Notes under the pieces: generated by a model | What the model was told of the DNA's origin: nothing | Database searches by the model: none | The model's input: the letters and a program-made list of their open reading frames with translations, nothing else | Program-made: the position numbers and the translations under genes | From: Amoebophrya sp. A120 | Taxonomy: Eukaryota; Protista; Dinoflagellata | Direction of reading: 5' to 3' | Assembly (NCBI GenBank): GCA_905178155.1 | Contig: CAJINV010000004.1 | Coordinates: 7,210,548-7,274,547 of the forward strand | DNA: 64,000 nucleotides | Part shown: positions 55,645 to 64,000 of the stretch, piece after piece | How the letters are laid out: every line of letters begins with the position of its first letter | Position numbering within the stretch: position 1 is the stretch's first letter

Positions 55645-57221
55645 TCACCCACACCTCCAATCCACGCCGTGGTATTCCTCCGAAGAGCTCTCGTCGTCCG
55701 AGGATTCTTTTAAATCCTTCTCCTCCTCCCGCTTTTTCTGCCGCTCGTTCAGTGCCTGTCGCATCCGCTGCAACTGTCCCTTCATTATGCATTGCAAAAG
55801 TATCGTACTAGTACGAATTGCATTACAAATTGACTTAGCATTACACATTAAATTTGTAATGCTGATTTACCTTGCAAAAGAAACTTGTAATGCATAAATG
55901 CAATTACTACGAGTACGATACTTTTGCACTGGATATTCATTTCCTCCCGCCGGTCTTTCTCTTCCTCCTGCTGTCGCCGGTGTCGCTCGTCCGCCATCTG
56001 GTTTCGTTTCTCCTGCCCCTCGCGGTGGTCGCGGTCCGCCTCGATGTCAAGCCGTTTCAAGTCGTTCTCAAACTCCATCTCCCGCAGCTTCGACGGCTTC
56101 GTTACCCCCTTGGCTTCCGCCTCCTCCTCGGCATCGTCGAAAAACCCGGCCGGGACGTTCGTATTCACGGGGGTCTCCTCCACGACAGTGCGTACTAAAG
56201 CGGGCTGCTTGATAACACCAGCAGCTGTTGTGCTAGAAGAAGAATTACTACTTCCTGTTGTTCCAGCGCTCGTCCCTGGTTGCACTCCACCCCCATCCCC
56301 AGGCCCGCCGTCAACGCTGGTGAGGGTGGTGCCTGCGGCGAACCCAGCGAGTTCCGGGTACAGTTCCAGCTCCTCCATCGTGATGTCATCCACGTCAAAA
56401 TTGTCGATCAACATTGGGCCGACGACCTTCCGTCGCTTCAACAGCGCCGGGTCTTGGTAGGAAGAGCCGGCGTCTCCTCCGAGGGCATGATCACCGTCTT
56501 CTGGACGCTTGTTTTGCAACCGCTCCACCACACGCTGCTTAATCTCCTCTGCTTTCGTCGGGATCTGCGGAGGTTGCGGTTCTGGAGGTTGTGCTCCTGC
56601 GGGGGTGATTTTTGCGACGGAGATGGTGATGCCGAGCTCATCATCCTGGTGTAGCACTTCCTTCTGCGGGGGTTGCTGTTTATTATCGGTAGAAACAGCA
56701 TTGGCATTTGTGGTTGGCTTTTGCTCTGCATCCTCCTCTTCCGACGACGAATAACCGCCCGCACCCGCACTGGCTTGCTTCGGTTTCACTGGTGCTTTGT
56801 CTTTCACACTTCCGGCCGCGTCCTGTTTTGTTGCTGCTGCTGTTTCGCCACGACCTGAAGGTGATGGTCGTTTAGGTTTACCAGTGGTCGCAGCTTCGTC
56901 TACTGCGCCAGCTTCCTTGTCCTCGCTCGCACCTGGAGAAGATGTCGCAGCCGCTGCTGGTAGTTTCTGTTGCGCCGCTGCAGCTGTTGCACCGGAAGAT
57001 TGCGCGTTTTTCAGCATCGCCTTCTTCTTCCATTCTAACAGCGCCTTCTGGTGCGTCGCGGTCTGGAGGTGCGCGGGCCAAAGTGCTTCGGACCGGACGT
57101 GCGCACCGCAAATCAGGCACTGGAGTTCGCCGTTCGAGAGCCACTTCGCAAATTTGGGAGGCGCTTTGGTCTGCGTCCGCCGCTCTTTCGCGGCCTGCAT
57201 CATCGCGCGCAGCTCGGCCAT
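55645..57221 (-). CDS. ZNF830: Zinc finger protein 830 (CCDC16)-like splicing factor
   Basis: LQCLICGAHVRSEALWPAHLQTATHQ zinc finger, VPAGFFDD motif, acidic tail ending DWR; one introner. Confidence 0.78.
55786..55935. mobile_element. Introner family A
   Basis: ttcat DR; excision gives REEMKGQLQR. Confidence 0.93.
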
Positions 57222-57999
57222 GTTGTTTCTACTCGTATAGTGATGTCTCTTCTGAATCTGAGGCACTGAAGTATCACAGGCTATCTTTTTCCTCAAGTAC
57301 AGTCATGAGCAAACAACGAGGACGGCTCCAAGTACATTTTCACAATGTTCTTCTTCTTTTCCTTGATCTCGTTAGATGATAGGCGTCGCTGTCATTGACA
57401 TTGATTTTGAATGTGGTACGCGTAAGAGCTGTGAGGAGCAGGTACTAGTGCCATCTGACAGTATTTTCGTGAACATTTGAAGTTTTTCGTTGAGCTTGGG
57501 TCGACGTCCACCAGTGCATTATTTGCATTTAGATTTGCATGGCTTTATCTTTTCGTGTCGTATTGGTCAAACTACGAGGCAGCGAACAGAGGAACATTTA
57601 CATTTTTGATCTTCTGTTCTCGTCGTAGTGGTTTTGATGCCCATTGGCTTTCCTTCTCCTTCACTTGCGACAAGGCTACGCAGGCTTGATTTAAAGTTGT
57701 GCAGAATCAAAATAAACCATCAATTCAAAAAGTTGAAGTTCTGCTCGAATCGTACAACGCTGTGCGGGAGTCGGACTCTTTCAATTACAGTTTATACGTG
57801 GTCTGGTGGTAATTCATTGTACATAGACGGACTTTACACAGAAGTTGCTATTCCATTCATACATAATTCATTTTAACCTCTCTTGCTACAGGTTACAACA
57901 CAGCTACATTACAGCACATCATTTTAAATAAACCGTGATACTCATACACATACTACTGAGTAATACAAAATTCGCCTCCACCTGGTGCTGGACGGGCTA

Positions 58000-58689
58000 A
58001 GTCAACATCGAGGATGTTGGCCGGCAGTCTCAGTGCTCAGACGCTGGCACCGACAGTGGTTCTACGGCTCCGGTCGTGCACCATAGGTCCACGTCCACCG
58101 AGGGCGGCACTGGGGTTTTAGTATAGAGTTTGTCGTGTGGTTGCACTGCAGCTACGAGCGCGATCTGAAGGAGCTGACCGCCAGGATACATTGCTCGCAA
58201 TTTGAATCTGATTCTGCGTATTCTATTTCTGCTTTATTTGTATTTCATCGTGTTTGCAACATGCATCAGGAAATAGTTGCTCCAAGAACACATCACAGAT
58301 TACTTTACAAAGTATAATACCGATCAGCGCACCGGACGCGGTTTCGTGCAGAGGCTGATGCAATCGGAATCGAACAGGCTCCCGTTTGATGGCCCGCGGT
58401 TTGATATCCAGGTCGTGGTATAGCTGCATTTTTATGTCGTCAGCATTTTGGAAAAATTAAAATCGAAACTATGCTTATGCATCACATCAATCTAAACACA
58501 ACATGAACATGAGCGAATTACGAATGAATCAGGCCGCTCTCGGTCATAGAGTAAATACGACTGAAAATAAAAAGAAAGTACGACATTGTCGTTCGTGTCG
58601 AGGGCCGTCATTTCCAACTTCGCCTCCATCCACTTAGAGCGAATCTTGGACCAATAGAAAACTGTCGGCGGGTGCTTCTTCACCGGCAT
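58000..58689 (-). CDS. Possible small multi-exon gene with canonical introns
   Basis: MPVKKHPPTVFYWSKIRSKWMEAKLEM... plus short coding-like blocks separated by pyrimidine-rich ...cag acceptors; exon structure unresolved. Confidence 0.35.
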
Positions 58690-59719
58690 CTTGTTTTTCG
58701 AACTGTTGCTGAAGATATCGTGCTTTTTTTTGATGCTCTGTCAACGCTTACTTTTGTGCTGGGGAAATGTAGTTGATCGGGATACCTACTATATTCTTGT
58801 TCTTCATCTTTATTAGTCACAAAGAACTAATACGCGAACTGCATCTGGACCAAGAAGTACACGATACGACACTCATAAGGCACTCTCGGTACTACATTTC
58901 ACTTTCTGTTTCTAGGCTCGTATGACGCAGCCGTGCTTTGACTCCTCCTGAAGCGTCACATCTCGATCTCCTCCACTCAACTCCCTGGCTTTCGCTTTGT
59001 GCACAACGAACGCAAATAAAGCGACGTAACTTATGAAATCGATGAAGGGAGAAACGGCTTCGGTTTTTTACCAGTCACCGACCATAACACCAAGCACGGC
59101 GCCACGTACGTCCTCACGGAGGGCAACAAGGGAGTTGATACTACAGAACAGCTACGCAGCCGCGGGGCCAGCCTCCTGCATTTGGTTCCCACATTCTCGT
59201 CCGGCCCCGTCTCCATGTTATGCGTGGTTGCGATTAGTTTTGAATCGATCCATGAACGGAGACATGTTACAAACGGCGCGCCCGTTACCGCCGAGACCCG
59301 AGAACGAGACCCGGGCGAAGCCAAAATGAGGCCAAGCCTACCGCTTCTTGGTATTCGCGCGCCGACAACGTCGCGGCCGGGAGCTGTGTAGTTTGTTCTA
59401 CTTCATGCCGCCGGCCGCGCGTGGTCTCTGCAGCTGCCTCAGAAACACTAGCGCGCCCCCTATTGGGGCATGGGCCGCGGGCATATAGATTCGCAGGCCG
59501 CGCGCCACGTGGCTCAAATTTTGAGCCGCATCGGACTGCGACCAGACAGACAACGCCCGCCCTAGTCAATGACCACGCCAGAGCTCGTCTACGTACCGGA
59601 TGCCCGCCAAAGCGGCGCCGCTATCTGTCCAAAATGGGGCCTCGCGCCTGCTGGCGCAAATTCGCCCCGTGCCTCTGTTGCTTGCAGATAGAGGACAAGG
59701 CAGGACGACCAGAAAACGC

Positions 59720-60125
59720 GCAGGCCAAAACGAAGCCGGGACGAGGCCAAAACGAAGCCAAAACGAAGCCAAAGCCAACCAAAAAAAAGGCGGCCAACCC
59801 TTTCAACTTTTTGCCAGAAAGAAAAGGCCCAGAATCAGACCGCGGGGCCTCGTTTTGGCCTCGTTTGGGCCTCGTTTTGGCGTCGCTTTCACGAGGGCAC
59901 GGCAAAGCGAGCCGGGCGGCGACCAAAGTGCCGAATTTTCCGCGTTCCCCTTCCAGACGCGAAACGCGCTTGCCTGGCCTCGTTTTGGCTTCGTTTTGGC
60001 CTCGTTTTGGCTTCGTTTCGGCCTCGGCTTTTTTGCCCTTTGGCTTCGTTTTGGCCTCGTTTTGGCTTCGTTTTGGCCTCGGCTTTTTTGCCCTTTGGCT
60101 TCGTTTTGGCCTCGTTTTGGCTTCG
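59720..60125. repeat. 11-bp tandem repeat ggc(c/t)tcgtttt in two opposing blocks
   Basis: Reverse-orientation copies at 59722-59772 and forward copies at 59846-60125. Confidence 0.85.
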
Positions 60126-62574
60126 GTTTTCCGGCAATGCCGACCAGGGGTGGTCGCGTGTACATATCTACTGGACAAGAGTGCGCCCATACCCATTTGA
60201 ATATAATAGCAGGCACCGCGCGGGGGATTGGGGCTTCGCACCATAGTAGCCACAGGCAAGACGAAGGCGGCGCCCCCTGGGCATCAATGTGGGAAGCGCA
60301 ACGCCCTGCGACGGCCAGGGCTTTTTGCGTTTCTTTGTAGTGCCATGCGGCTCAAAAATTGAGCCCGGCGGCACGCTGCGTCGCAGGCTCCCCCCTATGC
60401 GAAACGCGACGCGCCCGGGCCCACAGCGCGCACATCACAAATGACGCCCCGGCTTACATGCAGCAGAAGCCCCAAAGGCTGGGGGCCCTGTAAACGTCTC
60501 GGCCGATCACTATGGGGAAACTTGCCGACGTTTTGCGCTGGCAGAGGTGGGCCACTGTAAAAGCTGCCCGACTGGCTTCGTTTTGGCTTCGTCCTGGTCT
60601 CGTTATCGTGCGAGGGCGGTAACGTGGGTCGCCGTTTGTAAACATGATGAGGCGGCGGGCGGGCCGCAATCGCGAGCGCACAGCCGGGACGGCGGCTCGC
60701 CGGCGCCCGCTACCAGCTACAGGCACCCGGGACCGCAGAAGCGGCAGGGCCGCGGGATGGGGTATTACAGATGCACAGGCGCCGCTCGCCCCGCCGCAGC
60801 GCGCTGGTGGCCAGGCAGGGCACGCAGAAACGGCGCAGCGAGCGGGCGGGCCTTTTCGGCCTTCCCCCCCCCCGCCACCGCACACACGCAAGCGCGCGCG
60901 GGCGGCATGGGGGCTAGGTGGCACCAATGCCCCCGGGCCGACGGGGGCGCTTGACACGCGCCAGCCTTCATACATCCTGCAGTCCGCCTGCGGGCACTAC
61001 GAGAAAACGAGCGCGCAACCGGGGTCGCGCGCGGAAAAAAAACCGAGCGGGCTGGCCCCTCCACAGGCCGGAGCTGATTGCCTGGTCGTGCTGCCGTGAT
61101 GCTGCCACATCGGCGACGGTGTTGCCACGCCGCGCGGCCCGGGCGAGCTTTCTAGACGTGGTCGCCCAGCGGCCCACGCGCGGGCGGGCAAGAAAGCGGA
61201 CGCGCGACAGATCGCTGCTGGCTGCGCGGTCGATGGATATCTGTCCGCGACGAGGATGCCGTGGCGCAGCAACTGGACAGCGCCGTGGGCTCTGCGGGTC
61301 GTTCTGCAGCCGTCTGAGCTCCACCATGCGTTTGGCCCGCCCCGATTCCTCGCCCGGCTTACTCCACCACAAGAGAAAATCAGCGGCCGCCATGATTTCG
61401 CTCTTTATTCGGAGGTTACGGAAAAAGAAACGACTGCGAGAAATTCCTTCTCCCTCATTGTCATCTACCTGCAAAAATGCGAAGAGGGATCTGACATCAG
61501 GACTTGTAAACACACCACGCCTCGTCCACAACAACCGCTTCTTTGTTGCGGCTATTTCAATTTCTGATAGATAGAAGTAATTCAAAGCGTAACACAGACA
61601 GACTTCTCTCTGTTTCCGCGGCCCTCCCTGGTCCTTCTGTATCTCCGTGTAGATGAGAAGTTCAAGTTGTATAACATGTGTTCTGGTGGTAGTGGCAGGG
61701 TACCATCTAGTACGAATAGCAATTCTTCTACCACTTCTCTCTCATCCTCTCTCAAACCCAGTTCCTGACATAGTCAGTACTCAGACCAAGCTGAAGCTCT
61801 TGCATTGAGATTTAGCCACAACACTAGAAAAAGCCAAAACGGACACAAGACCATCCCACTGCACCCACGACATTAGCTAGGTTTTCGCTTTCTTGTTCGG
61901 TTTTTGTGTGCTTACTCGCCTTGACGTTTGAAACTGCACTTGAGATTGTCACATGGGACAAGTTGGGCATATGAACGCTCCACAGTCTTTTCTGCTCTGG
62001 TCCTCTTGTTGCCTTGGAGATTATTTGTAGTCTATCTTCTCTGGAGGTGTACGGCTCTGGTAATGCAACTTCTGCTAACCCTGACATCATACAACAAACG
62101 ACAAAATCTACAAGGAAGTCAAATCTTAAAAATTCGTTTTGGTACAAAAAGTGCGGTAGTGCATCGTCCGACTGGACTAGATTGTAATAAATTTCATTTT
62201 GGATATCGATTTATTCGCATTAAGGAGATGATGATGATAGCTTAAAGTATAAACCGGTTCATTTTTGTAATTTGCAGTCAGTGAGAGAATTGTTCGCGCC
62301 TCATGGTCATACGGTAGCCTAGCGATACAACTAAAGGTTCATAAATTAAGACAGGGCCGCTTCGCTGATGATGATGATCTTCATTGGTGCATGTACGTTT
62401 TGAATGTTATGGTGCTGAAACATCTACCATCTAAACCTAATTGTACATTTGAATTGGGAATTACAAGTCAAGAATACCAGCGTGCTCTCGTGACGCCCCA
62501 TTTGTATAAATAAGTAATTTCATGCTTCGGTACAGCACCAAGCAAGCTGCATTTGATTTCGCCTTCACTATAAT

Positions 62575-64000
62575 TCACTCAAAGTCGAAGTGTGTACGAC
62601 ACCCGGCGAAGTTTCCAAAGCCGTCGACGTCCACGGGACTTGTGTTGTCAAAGTACATTTTATCCAGGGAAAAACACTTATCCCCACCCATTTTTTGCAT
62701 GACAAATAGCGGAATCTATGCACGTTCTGCATGACAAATTGGATGGGGATGCTTCTTTTCTTGTGGATACATTTGCAACAACCGGTCCACTTTGCGGTCC
62801 ACCTCGTTCGGCCCCTTCCGGGAGGCGAACCGGTCCGCGAGGTTGCGCAGGACCTGCTCAATCCCGGCCTCCTCGGCGAGCAGCACGTAGGCGTTGTTCA
62901 TCAATTGTTCGTGCTGGGAGTGGGAGGTCGGTTCAAAGTCGAAAATCATGGCGTTGTTCGGGTCTACTTGATTGTTCGACGCTTCGTCGTGGCCGCTCGG
63001 TGTAGTAGTAGTAGTAGTTCCACCTTTGCCGTTTCCAAAACCGGGGATGGCCGCAGCGGCGGCGTCAATTGTTCCGGCGGTAATTATTCCGGAAGCTGTT
63101 GATGTGGCACCAGAGCAACTACTACCCGAAGAAGAAGAAGATGCGGCGGTGATATGTTCTACTTGGTTAAAAATTATGTTGCTGCTCATTGCAATATCCA
63201 CCGCTCCTGCACACCCCGACGTATTCGTGGTGCCCGCGGCCAACATCGAAGATGACGCAGCTCCGGGGGCACCAGGTTGAAGATGTTGCTCTACTTGATG
63301 TTCATCCACTTCGTTGGCCGAGAACACTAGGCAGTTGCTGCTTCTCGTCGTGCGCTATGAACTGCAAAAGCATCGTACTCGTATAAATGCATTATAAACT
63401 TCCTTAGCTAGCATGAGAAATAAAATTTGTAATGCGGATTTACATTAAGAAAAAGATTTGTAATGCATTATTGCAATACAACGAGTACGATACTTTTGCA
63501 CAGGATATGCCCCATTGCCGGTTGATTTCCTCGAGATGCAGCTGTCAACTATGAACTGCAGAAGTATCGCAATCGTATAAATGCATTACAAATTTCCTCA
63601 GCGTGAGAAATGAAATTTGTAATGCGGATTTACCTTGGCAGAGGGAGTTGTAATGCATGATTGCAATACGAGTACGATACTTTTGCACAGGATATCGACT
63701 CGCCGCCGACATCTTTTTTACCGCGAACATGTTCGGCGAGCACGCCGGCGTCAGGGAGGACTGCGACGGCGGCGATATGAACTGCAAAAGTATTGTATCG
63801 TACTCGTATAAATGCATTACAAATTTCCCCAGCATGCGAGATAAAATTTGTAATGCGGATTTGCCTTAACAAGATGGAGATTTGTAATGCATGATTGCAA
63901 TACGAGTACGATACTTTTGCACAGGATAGGCGAGCTCGCGTGGCCAAAGGAGGGGACCGTCGGGATGGTCGGGTTCACAAACTGCATCACGGCCGAGTTC
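62575..64000 (-). CDS. Hypothetical protein (3' part) with four introner introns
   Basis: Excision gives ...HASSPPSQSSL...ASRQLHLEEINRQWGTTRSSNCLVFSANE...RLLQMYFDNTSP...FDFE*. Confidence 0.72.
62661..62769. mobile_element. Introner family H (109 bp)
   Basis: cattt DR. Confidence 0.88.
63356..63507. mobile_element. Introner family A
   Basis: DR tgcgc/tgccc. Confidence 0.9.
63550..63694. mobile_element. Introner family A
   Basis: DR tcaac/tcgac. Confidence 0.9.
63776..63928. mobile_element. Introner family A
   Basis: ggcga DR. Confidence 0.92.

Noticed and set aside
59421-61585. Overlapping 100-260-aa ORFs
   Set aside because: GC-rich repeat DNA that is open in many frames with no recognisable domain; 60968-61585 remains unsupported.

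Overview
Eukaryotic genomic DNA (standard code, every supportable gene on the minus strand, assembly gap at 44329-45153). It most resembles the parasitic dinoflagellate Amoebophrya; this taxon call is inferred from genome architecture, not from a database hit. The dominant signal is about 55 short dispersed elements (mostly 110-310 bp) that interrupt coding sequence. Intact copies run TAT...ATA, have family-specific terminal inverted repeats (TIRs), sit between 5-bp direct repeats (DRs) and lack GT-AG ends. Removing an element plus one DR copy restores the reading frame at nearly every junction I translated, so these look like non-canonical introner elements from at least 9 families. They join dozens of short ORFs into one ~25-kb gene with ~43 introns (about 4,200 aa; 30296 to 5077). 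Families with unrelated TIRs share a 9-bp motif (TTGTNATGC) at 31-32-bp spacing and insert in both orientations. A duplicated gene fragment shows empty and filled sites side by side, two elements imply a 1-nt exon, and three old introners carry nested insertions. Other genes encode a signal-peptide GNAT protein, a TM-UBL protein, a RING protein, a cold-shock-domain protein, a ZNF830 homologue, and an intronless 1,400-aa protein that starts with a HicA-toxin-like domain. I see no transposase in the window. All coordinates were counted by hand.
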